From: Octopus vulgaris
Lineage: Eukaryota
DNA: 64,000 nucleotides
Direction of reading: 5' to 3'
Assembly (NCBI GenBank): GCA_951406725.2
Contig: OX597824.1
Location: forward strand, 59,954,001 to 60,018,000
Position 1 is the stretch's first letter. Each line of letters opens with the position of its first letter. Position numbers and translations under genes: made by a program. Of the stretch, positions 1 through 12,026 are shown in pieces. The notes below the pieces were generated by a model. It ran no database searches, was not told the DNA's origin, and saw nothing but the letters and a program-made list of their open reading frames with translations.

Positions 1-617
1 GCGCATAGAAAAATGTCTCTCAAGGCTATCTCAGACAATGGAGTTAATTTACCAGTCTCTAATAGCCTGATGCACAATAGCAGTTCGTTCTGTAACAGAA
101 TGTTGAGATCACAAATGCAGATGCCGATTGGACACATATCGTGTAACGGTTGTGGCTTCAATGCTGTGACAGGTTAACTGGAACAGAAGAATCTCGTAGA
201 TAGACGGTGCTGTTAATCCTTGGTGTGCATATGCACAAACAGCGTGCACGCTAAAGTTCCGCGAGTTGCTATGTACATCTTGTGGAGGTCGACGGTGTTG
301 AAAAGCGACGGTGGTGGAAAGGCGACTGTAGTGGACTTGAGACAACATCGTTCTTAGTGATGATGGCGACGAAGATAACGACGACGTGAAGTAGAAAGAC
401 GACGATGGCGATGACGAAGGTGGAGAAAAGGCATCGTTGATATGATGGCGTTCGTCATCATGGCTGTAGAATAAGAAAGAGGCTCCTTCTACAACTGTTT
501 GTGGTGGCCGGAAACAAATCGTCGAAAGATGATGACTGCGTAGAGTTAAATCGTGTTCCGACTTCGCAGAAAAACTGGATGTCTTTGTTGTTAAGTGATC
601 TCTGGTTTTAGACCAGA

Positions 618-635
618 ATCACGTCGGGGTCACCA
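618..635 (-). promoter_or_regulatory. Primer-binding site complementary to the tRNA-Trp 3' end
   Basis: The minus strand reads TGGTGACCCCGACGTGAT. The plus strand ATCACGTCGGGGTCACCA is the 3' 18 nt of metazoan tRNA-Trp including CCA. Confidence 0.9.
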
Positions 636-636
636 C

Positions 637-1198
637 TGTAACGAACTTAGTGAATATATCTTCTCTTGTACTTTCGGGGTACAAGAGGCAATCACTAGCC
701 GTTGCTTTAATAATCCAGAATTCTACCAGTCAGAAACAACAAGACGCAGACGTAAAAAATATATATACTACTTTATTCTCTAATGTGGTAACAGTAACAA
801 TAAGTGGTTATCTGGTATCCCTTTGGTATAAATGTGTCAGTGCTGAACCTTATCGCTGTAAAATAAGAAAGTGTTCAAATGCAAAACGACACTGGTCAAA
901 GATGGCGTCCGGAACAGGGAGATGTGGTCTGCAACAATTTGGTTAAAGGCCTTTTGGTATGGTGCTGCTAGAATCAAGTTCGGACGGAGAAAAAATATAC
1001 GTGACCGTCGCCTTCAGTCGCTGCTGTCTCAAGTCGCTGCTTGCTGGACGCTGGTGGTCAACGTCTTACGATCCCTGCCTCGGCTAACTGCTACGTAGGC
1101 AAAAGGGTTCTTCTTCCGGTGGTGAAAGCACCAACCCCGCACGCGCGAAATACAAATGGACGGTGCGCGAGCGCGCGCCGTTGTATAGGATCACTACA
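637..1198 (-). mobile_element. 5' LTR of a Ty3/gypsy-type retrotransposon; the internal region runs off the left edge of the window
   Basis: On the minus strand it begins TGTAGTGATCC (1198) and ends GTTACA (637), with a tRNA PBS 1 nt further on. The termini match those of the LTR at 3158-3575 (TGTAGTGAT...GTTACA). CpG-rich. Confidence 0.8.
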
Positions 1199-1249
1199 AA
1201 AGTTTGTTATTTAAAACAATGTATATATGTATAAAGCTGTATCTTTTCA

Positions 1250-1907
1250 ACAAATTCAAGCAAGGTTTAGCAGATTCGGTTGAGCATCAAATATAATATT
1301 TTGCTTAACCTATTTACTGTTACTTTCCTAAAGTAAACCTCTTTCTGTATGCATGTTCATAAATCATACAAGACATCACTGTGTCACGTGTAATACGAAT
1401 TTCAAAGAGCTTTCAGGACTCAAAAGCCACTTACAGGTTCATGCACGAAAGAAAAACAAAACCGCCTTAAAAGAAGTGGACAAGCTTTGAATAAGAGGAG
1501 ACCACATTTCTCGTTATTCATTGTGTTGAGTGCCATTTCCGTTTGTCCACTCAATCGCGTACATATATACACACCCAAAATGTGTGTGTGTGTGTGTGTG
1601 TGTATTATGAATAATGCATTGTTTGAAGTAATACGTATATAGAGAATTTCTATGAATTGATCACTAAGTCGCTATCATTCGAGCAATGCTTTCTAGCATG
1701 CACGAACACGTAGGCAGCTCTTGAGTCCCGAAAGCTGTTTGAAATTCGCATTACATGTGACACAGTGTTGTCTTGTATGAGTTATGAACATACATACAGA
1801 AAGTAGGAGAGGGAGGGGGAAGGTTTACTTAGAAAAATAACAATAAATAGATTAAGCAAAATATATCCGATGCTCAACCGAATCTGCTAAACCTTGCTTG
1901 AATTTGT
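1250..1907. mobile_element. MITE / non-autonomous TIR element
   Basis: About 90-bp inverted repeats at 1250-1340 and 1821-1907. The outer 39 bp (ACAAATTCAAGCAAGGTTTAGCAGATTCGGTTGAGCATC) are perfect. No coding capacity. Confidence 0.75.
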
Positions 1908-2261
1908 AATTTTAAGAACGTTCTAAAATTTGATTTCAGTTACCTTCCCTGTAAATAAGAAACATGCCAGTTATCGCCCTTAATAGACTGGCACCTTGCT
2001 AAAGTTACCTGTCTCTCAACAGTTGGAAATAGAAGAAAACATTCACACAAAAAATTACAAGGAAATGGGATTTGAAGACATTTTGGGGGGTGACGGAGGT
2101 TTATGTCCGATTATGTTTCTTTTACCTTTTGAAGCTGACTCAATGATTGTAATATTGTCTTCCTCTTTAACAAACATGATATATGTGTAGCAGAGCTACA
2201 TATTACATAGTAATATGTGAGTCGACCTATACACAGCAGACGAATATATCGATGAGGCGTC

Positions 2262-2339
2262 TAGCCTCGCTTTGATACACTAGCCTCGCTTTGATACAGT
2301 AGCCTCGTTCTGAGACACTAGCCTCATTCTGAGCTACAC
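2262..2339. repeat. 19-bp tandem repeat, 4 copies
   Basis: Unit TAGCCTCGCTTTGATACAC, progressively diverging. Confidence 0.8.
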
Positions 2340-2761
2340 GGTAGAAACGGCCTCAGTTCCTGCCTTAGTCAAAGACACATGTCTTCTCTAAGAATTAATG
2401 ATGTATAAAAGTCAATAACGAACAACCATTTCGTGTAAACCAGGATGTTTTTACAGATTCCACTACTTCCAACAACTTGATTGACAGTGGATTTGGGTGA
2501 ACCATTAGATTGTTGTGGAGGCTACATAGCAGTGTTTCTTCTGGCTCTTTAAGTTCTGAGTTCAAGTGTCATTGAGATCGACTTTGCCTTTCATCTTTTG
2601 GGAGTCGATAGAATAAACACCAGTTGAGCACTGGGGGGGGGGGGTGATGTAGTTGAGTTCCCCTACCTTCAAAATTGTTGACCTTGTGTCAAAATTAGAA
2701 AGAATTATGATTATTTTGTAATTTCATCTACATTTTCATTAAATATATCTGCAAAATTTCA

Positions 2762-3030
2762 GGATCTTTTCCTTTTGAACGGCACCTGTCAACACAATTT
2801 CTAGTTAACTAAACACTTTAAAACTTTATATACTGGTAAAATGTGTCAAAATAAAACATTTTTTTCTCTTGGCTTTCTTGAGAAAATTGTAATTTGTTTA
2901 ACGTAGTTTAATTTTTCGAATTTTAACCAATGAATCGCCTCCAGTGAGCTAAAATCATTTGCTGCGTCTAAAACTGAGACAACATCCTGTCACTAACCCT
3001 AACCCTCACCCTCACCCTAACCCTAAATTT
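2762..3030. mobile_element. Partial Merlin-like MITE with TAACCC repeats
   Basis: Starts GGATCTTTTCCTTTTGA, like 11799 and 13673. Ends in CTAACC/CTCACC repeats at 2994-3026. Confidence 0.55.
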
Positions 3031-3157
3031 TAGCCTTTCGTTTTTTGTTTTTTTTTCTTAATTGTTAAATTAATTTAATTGTTACGCGTGTGTCTAAAAT
3101 TATTCGTTTTGTTTTTGTTTGAGTTTTTGCTTTCGTTTTAGCCTTTCATTATGTATA

Positions 3158-3575
3158 TGTAGTGATGCTACTGTGTAAGGTTCAGCACGCATGCGCAGAA
3201 TGGGACTACTTCCTGGTGGCCACCGGAAGTCTTCCCCATGCGCATGTGCGGGAAACTGACCCCTAAGGAACAGTAAACTCGATCACTCTCTCTGGCCATT
3301 TCAGCCCTCGGGAACAGACATGCATTTGGTAGTCTCTGATAACTATACCAACTTAGCCGCGGACGACATCGAATCACTTCAACCAACCAACAAGAAGCTG
3401 TACAACAGATTCGGCTGCCGTTTCCCTTCAGAAATACGTACACCATCACGAATAATAAACAACACTGCTGTCTTTCCCAGATAACCTGACTTCGTTTGTT
3501 ATATCTAACTAAATTGAATGTGACGGGATCGGATCGAACACCCCTTCAGTGATACCGATTCCAGATCCTGTTACA
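3158..3575 (+). repeat. 5' LTR
   Basis: TG...CA termini, AATAAA at about 3454, near-identical to 8060-8459. Confidence 0.92.
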
Positions 3576-3969
3576 ATTGGTGACCCCAAGTAGAAAAAAA
3601 AAAAAAGAACAGAAGACGCAGCGAACAGGTTTTGCCAGTTAGAGCACTGAACACTCAGTTTTCACTTTCATTTTTCTTTTCCTTTCAGGACGGCGAAGGT
3701 GCGTAAAAACAAAAGTGTTATTCATCGCACTCAGCACACTAAAAAAAAAAAAAAAGAAACACACACACATTATTTTTTTTTCTTTTCTGTACCTTTGTTT
3801 TTCCTTTGTGCACACACACACACTTATTCTTTACTACCCACGAGGTGCACACACACACACACACCAGTACACAAAACACGAATTTTGATTTGCTTTGTCG
3901 GTTCCACATGTTCTCCACTTCTCGTTCATATCTTCTGCCCCTTTCTGACAGGCGATTCTTCGGACAAAC

Positions 3970-4719
3970 ATGGCTGCATCAGGTTTGCCTTCATTCACAG
4001 GGGATGCGGGACTATGGCTTGCCCAGGTGGAGTCGCATTTTGCCGCACATGCCGTTCCTCCACAGCAGCAGTTGCATCTGCTATACTCGAGTTTGCCTTC
4101 CCGACTCGCCACATCGGTCAGGGATCTCATAATGAGTCCCCACCCTGACGCCACATACGCGTCAGTAAAAGCCGAAATCCTCCGCCGCAACACGCGGTCG
4201 GAGGAGAGTCAATTCAATGAGCAGATGGCCGACGAACAGTTGTGGGACAGGACTCCATCCCAGTTCCTGCGCCACCTAAGGGAGCTAAGCGGAAACGCAG
4301 CAGAGGCGCCACTCTTACGGAAGATATTCTTCTCCAGGTTGCCTGCCCACGTGCAGACAATGTTGGCCACGGCACTGGAGTCTGTGTCAGTAGACCAGAT
4401 TGCCACGATGGCCGACAAAATATTAGAATTTTCGGGACCATCTCCATCGCGAGGCCTGTACGCATGTACAGAGCCCCCTCCGACACCTTCTCCGACGAAA
4501 AATTCATTAGCCGAAAAGATCGATGCGCTTACGCAGCGAATCGATGATCTGTGCCGTGCGATCGGGCGCCGATCTCGCAGTCGTAGTCGCAGTGGCTCTG
4601 TTTCCCATAGTCGGAGTGACTCTGTTTCTCGTTCCGGCTGGTGCTGGTACCATTCAAAGTATGCCGAAAAGGCAGAACGGTGTACCCAGCCGTGCACTTT
4701 CCAGCCCTCGGGAAACTAA
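3970..4719 (+). CDS. gag: Gypsy Gag-like protein (249 aa)
   Basis: [10 protein letters not shown] and D-R-T-P-S-Q-F-L-R motifs, an RS-rich tract and a CWYH...C...C terminus typical of gypsy gag. Lies between the PBS and pol. Confidence 0.9.
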   Translation: MAASGLPSFTGDAGLWLAQVESHFAAHAVPPQQQLHLLYSSLPSRLATSVRDLIMSPHPDATYASVKAEILRRNTRSEESQFNEQMADEQLWDRTPSQFLRHLRELSGNAAEAPLLRKIFFSRLPAHVQTMLATALESVSVDQIATMADKILEFSGPSPSRGLYACTEPPPTPSPTKNSLAEKIDALTQRIDDLCRAIGRRSRSRSRSGSVSHSRSDSVSRSGWCWYHSKYAEKAERCTQPCTFQPSGN

Positions 4720-7700
4720 ATCCGGAGGAGGTGAGCACGTCACCTTCCTTCTCGTTTCCCAAAAATCGTGCGTTCTTTGTAAAAGATCTGGTGTCGAAGA
4801 AATTCTTCATGGTGGACACCGGCTCTTGTTGCAGCATTTGGCCCCTTCGTCTGACTGCAGACAAGCCCAAGCGCTCTTCAATTGTCTTGCATGCCATTGA
4901 CTCGTCTCCCATAACCACTTTCGGTCAGATTTCGCTGCGCCTTGACATCAACCTTCGTCGAGATTTTCAATGGGTTTTCGTCATCGCTGACATCCCGCAT
5001 CCTATTCTCGGCGCTGATTTCTTGGATAGGTTTAATCTATTGGTAGATGTCAGGCGTCGGAGGCTTCTTGACAGCACGACGTCGCTCTCTACGCCGACTG
5101 GGAGTTCCCCCGATGCGGTCCTTAGCCCGACATTCTTTGTTGCCACCTCTGGAGACGCTTTTCACTCTCTTTTGGCTTCATTTCCGGAGCTAGTGGACAT
5201 TGCCTTTCAACCGGAAAAGCCTACCCACTCGACCCTTCATTTTATCACCACCACTGGGCCGCCTGTATTATCGCGCCCACGGCGCCTTGCGCCTGACCAA
5301 CTAAAAGCGGCTAGGGCCGAGTTTGAGCACATGCTTCAACTTGGCCTTATACGCCCCTCCATCAGCCCAGGGGCGTCTCCCCTTCATTTGGCGCGAAAGG
5401 GCGAGTGTGATTTTCGCCCGGTAGGAGACTATCGACGCCTCAATGCCGTAACAATAGCCGACAGATATCCAATCAGAAATCTACAGGACTTTACGGCAAA
5501 TCTCCATGGTTGTACCATTTTTTCGAAGGTCGACCTTATACGCGCGTACCATCAAGTACCGGTCAACCCAGCCGACGTTCCGAAAACTGCGATCACTACC
5601 CCTTTTGGGTGTTTTGAGTTTTTGTATATGAGTTTCGGTTTGCGGAATGCTACTAGCACTTTCCAGCGTTTCATTGATGAGGTTGTCCGCGGTCTTGATT
5701 TTGTGTTTGCCTATGTCGATGATATACTCATTGCGAGCGACACACATGAAAATCATCTCCAGCACCTTTCTCAGCTTTTTCAGCGTCTTCGCGCTTATAG
5801 TATACGTATAAATCCCGACAAGTGTGTTTTCGGACGCTCTTCCCTAGATTTTCTAGGCCATCATATTGATTCGAGTGGAATCAGACCTCTGTCGTCAAAG
5901 GTCGATGCCATTCAACGCATCACACCTCCCACTTCCTTGCGCCAGCTCAGGCATTATCTAGGGATGATCAATTTCTACAGACGTTTTATCCCCGATTGTG
6001 CAGATAAGCTACTTCCTCTCACCAGGCTATTAAAGGACACTCCTAGAAAGGACAGTCAAGTCACCCTCTCTGTTGCGGCACTGACAGCCTTTGAGTCCAT
6101 TAAGAAGGAGCTGGCTTCTGTTTCTTTGCTTGCACATCCGGTTCCTGATGCTTCTCTCTCTTTGACTGTAGACGCATCGGACACTGCGATTGGCGCTGTG
6201 TTACAACACACAGTGGATGATCATATTCGACCTCTGGCTTTCTTTTCCCGCCAACTGCAACCAGCTGAACGACGATACAGCACCTTTGATCGTGAGCTCC
6301 TAGCGATCTATCTATCGGTTCGTCATTTCCAGCATCAACTTGAAGGGCGAGATTTTGGGATCTATACGGATCACAAGCCCCTTACGTTTGCCCTGTGTTC
6401 AAAAACGGACAAACTCTCGCCTCGTGCTTTCAGGCACCTGGATTTTATCTCTCAATTCACTAGTAACATTCGACACATACCTGGAAAAGAGAACGTTCCT
6501 GCTGACGTTCTCTCTCGCCTTCCAGTCTGCGCCCTTTCGTCTCCTGCTGCTATCGACTTAACTGCTATCTCGCAAGAGCAGCCAACTTTGGCGTCGTTAG
6601 ACTTAACTACTCCCAAGTTCTCCTGTTGCCAGTTTTCCTACCTACCGCTTCCGTCAGCCGAAGGCACCATTCTTTGTGATACTTCCACTGGTTCTCCTAG
6701 GCCACTTGTGCCTGAGAATCATCAACGCTCAGTGTTTGAAGCACTGCACTCCTTATCACATCCTGGCATCGCTGCCACCCTTAAGCTAATCACTGCTCGG
6801 TTTTTCTGGCCGAATATGCGTCGCACTATTCTTGGACACGCACCTGCTCCAAGTGTCAATCAACGGTCCAAGATTCAACGGCACGTTCGTGTCCCGCTTG
6901 GACATTTTCCCCCTACGAAGGCCCGTTTTCGCCATGTCCACATCGATCTGGTTGGACCATGGCCTGTGAGTCGCGGGATTTCTTATCTGTTAACTTGTGT
7001 CGATCGTTTCTCCCGCTGGCCAGAAGCCATTCCGATAGCAGACATTTCTGCTGAGACTGCTGTGCGAGCCTTCGTTTCAAACTGGATTTCCCGTTTCGGA
7101 GTCCCGTCCAGATTGACTACTGATCGTGGACGTCAGTTTGAAGCTTCGCTATTTCGCGAATTGTCGCGCATTTTAGGTGTGCATCATATTCACACTACCA
7201 GCTATCATCCAGCGTCTAATGGATTAGTTGAACGGTTCCATTGACAGCTCAAGGCCGCTCTTCGTGCCTCCTCGGATCCACAGTCCTGGATTGAATTTCT
7301 GCCAATTGTGCTTCTTGGTTGTCGCACTGCTGTCAAGGCAGACCTGGGGTTTTCTTCTGCAGAGTTACTGTATGGTACCACACTGGCATTGCCTGGTACG
7401 ATGTTGGTGCCAGACACTTCCCAGCCCCATGATCCGGCGACCTATGTCGCCAGACTGCGTTCATATTTCTCGAATCTTCCACTCATGGTTCCCAGGAAAC
7501 AATCTCCACCATCCCATCTCCCACCGGATATGGACACTTGGTCGCATGTTTTTGTTCGGGACGACTCTGTCAAGGGACCACTTGTTTCTCCCTATAAAGG
7601 ACCTTTCCGTGTGCTTTCTCGCACACCTAAGGTTTTCACCATTGAAATAAATGGTCATTCGGAGACCGTTTCCGTGGACCGACTGAAGAAAGCATACTTT

Positions 7701-7925
7701 GAGACGTCTTCATCTTTTGATGACAACCTTGCCACACCCACCTATGCACCTTTAACAACACCTTCACCTGCACAAACACCTTCACCTGCACAGACACCTT
7801 TGCCTTCACCGGCTCCTACAACACCACCTTCGCCGTCAACGGGTGCCCCGAGCACACCATATATTACAAGATCGGGCAGAACAGTGCATTGGTCCAAGAA
7901 ACTTTCAAAGACAATTTATATTTAA
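4641..7925 (+). pseudogene. pol: Gypsy Pol (protease, RT, RNase H, integrase) with one in-frame stop at 7242-7244
   Basis: Motifs: protease VDTGS, RT YVDD, RNase H DAS/TDHKPL, integrase [22 protein letters not shown], and a GPF (GPY/F) module. ORFs 4641-7244 and 7308-7925 are in the same frame, separated by TGA (probably from CGA). Confidence 0.93.
4710..4752 (+). promoter_or_regulatory. Programmed -1 ribosomal frameshift signal (gag to pol)
   Basis: Slippery heptamer G GGA AAC lies immediately before the gag TAA, and pol is in the -1 frame. Downstream stem-loop GGAGGAGGTGA-gcacg-TCACCTTCCTTC. Confidence 0.85.
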
Positions 7926-8059
7926 CTTTCTTTCAAATTTCTTGTTTTTGTATGATATTATGTACCAAATCTTCTGGGGGGATCGGCAAGCCATCTGTTT
8001 TTCTGCAGCACCACTACAAATTTTCTTGTTTTCATACTTCCGCACTCGAGGGGGAGCCA

Positions 8060-8459
8060 TGCTACTGTGTAAGGTTCAGCGCGCATGCGCAGAATGGGAC
8101 TACTTCCGGGTGGCCACCGGAAGTCTTCCCCATGCGCATGTGTGGGAAACTGACCCCTAAGGAACAGTAAACTCGATCACTCTCTCTGGCCATTTCAGCC
8201 CTCGGGAACAGACGTGCATTTGGTAGTCTCTGATAACTATACCAACTTAGCCGCGGACGACATCGAATCACTTCAACCAACCAACAAGAAGCTGTACAAC
8301 AGATTCGGCTGCCGTTTTCCCTTCAGAAATACGTACACCATCACGAATAATAAACAACACTGCTGTCTTTCCCAGATAACCTGACTTCGTCTGTTATATC
8401 TAACTAAATTGAATGTGACGGGATCGGATCGAACACCCCTTCAGTGATACCGATTCCAG
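8060..8459 (+). repeat. 3' LTR with both termini clipped
   Basis: Copy of 3166-3564. It lacks the first 8 nt and the last 11 nt of the 5' LTR. Confidence 0.9.
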
Positions 8460-8514
8460 TCATAGAAGTATGACTACATATTCCACTAGCTAATTCGTAA
8501 ATCTAACTAATAAA

Positions 8515-9210
8515 CGTTTGCGCTGGTCATGTGGCAAGAATGGATGAAGATAGTTGTGTGAAAAAGTGCCACACCCTAGCGGTTGAGGGAACCTGTGGAA
8601 GAGGCAGACCCAGGAAAACCTGGAACGAGGTGATGAAGCACGACCTTCGAACTTTAGGTCTCACTGAGGAAATGACTAGAGACCGAGACCTCTGGAAGTG
8701 TGCTGTGCGCGAGAAGACCCGGCAGGACAAGTGAGACCATAACCCGTGGCCTTCTACATGGGATGGAACCAGCCTACGTATGCATACCTTCCTTTCTTGG
8801 GACACAAAACTCTACTTGTGAAGACCTGTTGAGGCAAGTGAGGATCAGAATCGAAATCGATCGATGGAAATTGCAGATGAGTTACCAGTGCCGGTGGCAT
8901 GTAAGAGAACCATCCGTTCGTGACCGTTGCCAGCGCCGCCCCGACTGGCCTCGTGCCGGTGGCACGTAAAAAGCACCATCCGTTCGTGGCCGTTTGCCAG
9001 CTCTGTCTGGCACCTGTGCGGGTGGCACGTAAAAAGCACCCACTACACTCACGGAGTGGTTGGCGTTAGGAAGGGCATCCAGCCGTAGAAACACTGCCAG
9101 ATCTGACTGGGCCTGATGAAGCCTTACAGCTTCACAGACCCCAGTTGAACCGTCCAACCCATGCTAGCATGGAAAACGGACGCTAAACGATGATGATGAT
9201 GACGATGATG
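8515..9210 (+). mobile_element. 5'-truncated RTE-clade LINE (ORF C-terminus plus 3' UTR)
   Basis: Encodes W-GHVARM...GRGRPRKTW...DRDLW. Internal GTGGCACGTAAAAAGCACC repeats and a (GAT)n tail. Confidence 0.85.
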
Positions 9211-10077
9211 AAAGAAAAGATAATTTTTGTTGTGTAGAAGTATGACTACATATTCCACTAGCTAATTCGTAAATCTAACTAATAAATGAATCACAACAAT
9301 CTAAATAAGACTTGTTGGATTTTCCTTGGACATGGTATGAAAATCACCAATGTCTCAAAGGAGTGAGTGTCATGGAGTTACATCCAACAAACACTAAAGT
9401 TTTTCCAAAAATCCAGAGTTTTTATAACTGCTCAACTTAACTTTAAAGAATCGAAATCACATACATATATTCTTTAACTAATTCTTAGAATTCCTATATT
9501 AAACAATGGAAAAACGACAATAATATTTCTTCGGCAATACGACATTACGTCATATTGCCAGCTACCAGAAATTGGCGCGTTATTTTAAAATGGCTACTTG
9601 CTACACTTCCTTCTACAGTTTGTTTGGACACAACACAGTATGTCACTAGTATTTTTCTCATTGTATTGACTTCACATAACTGAAATGTAATGGCAAACTA
9701 GCATAAATTCAGCTCACAACAAGGATTCTCAAACTGCACAAGTTAGAAAAAATGGTGTCTGTATATTCACTCACCTTTCTCATCTGGATAACAACAGCAA
9801 ACTCCAGTTTCTCTGTTTCAAAGTCTCTTTTCACCATTCTTCCAAATGCATCTATTTCCTCTACTACTTCCAATGCTCTTCTTGACTGTCACACTTATCC
9901 ATACTGGTGCCACCCAGGGCCAGCACTAGGAAGTGTAGGGCCCTCTTCTCTAGAAAAGCTAAAGATTGATGTTTTATGCTTTGTGTAGTACACCAGACCC
10001 AGCCAAAAAGCATTGAGGGCTTGAGGTTCCACCATGATACATCAAAAATTCATGCTAGCATCCTCCACTTAAGCATG

Positions 10078-10128
10078 TTAATAATAATAATGAAATTATT
10101 GTATACAGTGCTCAGGTGCACCACAACA
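10078..10128 (-). mobile_element. Extremely 5'-truncated copy of the CR1-type LINE at 51384-55392
   Basis: ATGAAATTATTGTATACAGTGCTCAGGTGCACCACAAC is identical to 51391-51428 and has the (AAT)n tail. Confidence 0.75.
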
Positions 10129-10699
10129 TGGGTTCATGTTCATGGGGCCCCGTCTAAAAAATCTAATTGGCTTAAAACCAGCCTTGATGCCACTAATGGC
10201 TCAATCAGTTTCAACCGCTAGAATCCCTCATCTGGCACAAATCTTTCCAGCAGTCATCAACACATAACAGAATAAGCAGAATCCTAATTGTTGCAATCAT
10301 GCCAGTCTCAGAAAAACTGCAAAAAGCCATGTATACAAACTCTTCCATCAAACCAAATTAATAAAGAAAAATATTGACATTTATTTTACCTTAAAATGAT
10401 AAGATAATGAATTCCACAATGGTTTCAAATTTTGGTACAAGACCAGGGGAGGAGATAAGTCAATTATGTCCACCCTAGTGCTTAACTAGTACTCATTTTA
10501 TCAACCCTGAAAGGATGAAAGGCAAAGTCAACCTTGGCAGAATTTGAACTCAGAATGTAAAGATGGACGAAATACCACCAAAAATTTTGCCAAACATGCT
10601 AATGATTTTGCCAGTTCACTGCCCATAATAGCAATAATATCACAGCTCTGTGAAAGACAAAACATAAAAGTGTATTTATTAATGGAATATATGATGAAA

Positions 10700-11030
10700 C
10701 TATGAAGGTACAAGTGATTTCATATTTGTTTGACTGAAGGTACAAATGATTGAAGATACAGATTGAAGCTGTGGATGACTGAGGAGACAAATGATTGGCG
10801 GCACAGATGACTGAAGGTAAAGATGATAATAGGCAAAATTAACTGATGAAACAGATAACAGGGAGTATGAATGACTGAAAGTACAGAAGACTAAAGGTAT
10901 GGATGACTTTTGACACAGATAACCAAAGCTAGGGATAGAAGAAAATACAGATGACTGAAGATATGGATAACTGAAGAAACAGGATTGGAGGCACAGATGA
11001 AGGTAGAGATAATAGTTGAACTTAGATGCA
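10700..11030. repeat. Degenerate minisatellite of about 16 bp (GATGACTGAAGGTACA-like)
   Basis: Recurrent GATGACTGAA/GATTGAAG units, resuming at about 11490-11540. Confidence 0.6.
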
Positions 11031-11061
11031 GATAACAATACTTGCATAATCTTCTGTAATG

Positions 11062-11426
11062 GAAGCACTCCGTCAATTACGACGACGAGGGTTCCGGTTG
11101 ATCCGATCAACGGAACAGCCTGCTCGTGAAATTAACGTCTAAGTGGCTGAGCACTCCACAGACACGTGTACCCTTAAAGTAGTTCTCGGGGATATTCAGC
11201 GTGACACAGAGAGTGACAAGGCTGGCCCTTTGAAATACAGGTACAACAGAAACAGGAATTAAGAGTGAGAGAAAGTTGTGGTGAAAGAGTACAGCAGGGA
11301 TCACCACCATCCCTGCCGGAGCCTCGTGGAGCTTTAGGTGTTTTCGCTCAATAAACACTCACAACGCCCGGTCTGAGAATTGAAACCGCGAGTCCGCTGC
11401 CCTAACCACTGGGCCACTGCGCCTCC
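11062..11426 (-). mobile_element. Young tRNA-derived SINE with a 13-bp TSD
   Basis: Minus-strand head GGAGGCGCAGTGGCCCAGTGGTTAGGGCAGCGGACT. Direct repeat ATCTTCTGTAATG at 11049-11061 and 11428-11440. Confidence 0.85.
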
Positions 11427-11798
11427 TATCTTCTGTAATGTTAACTATATCACACATCTGTTGTGAAGACATGAGGCAGGTGGGAACTGAAAGAGGACAG
11501 AACATACAGATGACTAAAGATAAGCATGACTGAAAATACTGAGTGTATCCATCTTATCATTTCCTAAATACCAGTTATATATTGTTAAGATAATGACTTC
11601 CATGTGAACTTGCTGCTTATGTGTATTTGATGAAACCATAAAGTTGTCATTTTAATGGTAACTTTTTGAAGATATTTAATTAAACATATTACTTTTCTTC
11701 TAGATGTCACACATAAGCTTTAATGTTACATTTAAGCACTTTCATTTTGAATTTTTGCATCTATATCATATCTAAGATGTGTAACAATAAACTAATGG

Positions 11799-12026
11799 GA
11801 TCTTTACCTTTTGATGCACAGATTTAAAAAATAATTTTTTGTAACTAAACACTTTCAAACTTCGGACACTGGTAGAATGTGTCATATAAAACAGGTTTTA
11901 CTCTTAGCATTTTTGAGAAAAACTTATATTTACGAAGTAATTTCACGTTAAAGTAGGCCTATTTCGGTAACTTCAACCAATCAATGACGTGTATTCAGCT
12001 GAATAAAATTACTGCTATTGTTTGTC
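11799..12026. mobile_element. Half of a Merlin-like MITE (same family as 13673-14245), truncated by a Penelope-like insertion
   Basis: Starts GGATCTTTACCTTTTGA and is near-identical to the arms of 13673-14245. Confidence 0.75.

Larger units (their letters stand above)
3158..8459 (+). mobile_element. Near-intact Ty3/gypsy LTR retrotransposon
   Basis: 5' LTR 3158-3575 (TGTAGTGA...GTTACA), PBS TGGTGACCCC at 3578, gag, pol (PR-RT-RH-IN order), PPT GAGGGGGAG at 8048-8056, 3' LTR 8060-8459. The LTRs differ by about 5 substitutions and 1 indel over about 400 bp. Confidence 0.97.

Noticed and set aside
109-348. ORF ending TTG-TGA with an overlapping ORF (antizyme-like frameshift or uORF arrangement)
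   Set aside because: There is no antizyme similarity or TCC-TGA site, and the region lies inside an LTR element downstream of a PBS.
618-635. Possible tRNA-Trp gene
   Set aside because: Only the 3' 18 nt with encoded CCA are present, abutting an LTR end, so it is a PBS.
2262-2339. CRISPR-like repeats
   Set aside because: These are contiguous 19-bp units with no spacers, in a eukaryotic context.
2994-3026. Interstitial telomere / chromosome fusion scar (also 13920 and 43032)
   Set aside because: There are only 2-5 units, and at 2994 and 13920 they are the internal core of a MITE family.
7242-7244. Programmed stop-codon readthrough or selenocysteine in integrase
   Set aside because: It falls at the conserved Arg of ERFHR and is most simply a CGA>TGA CpG transition.
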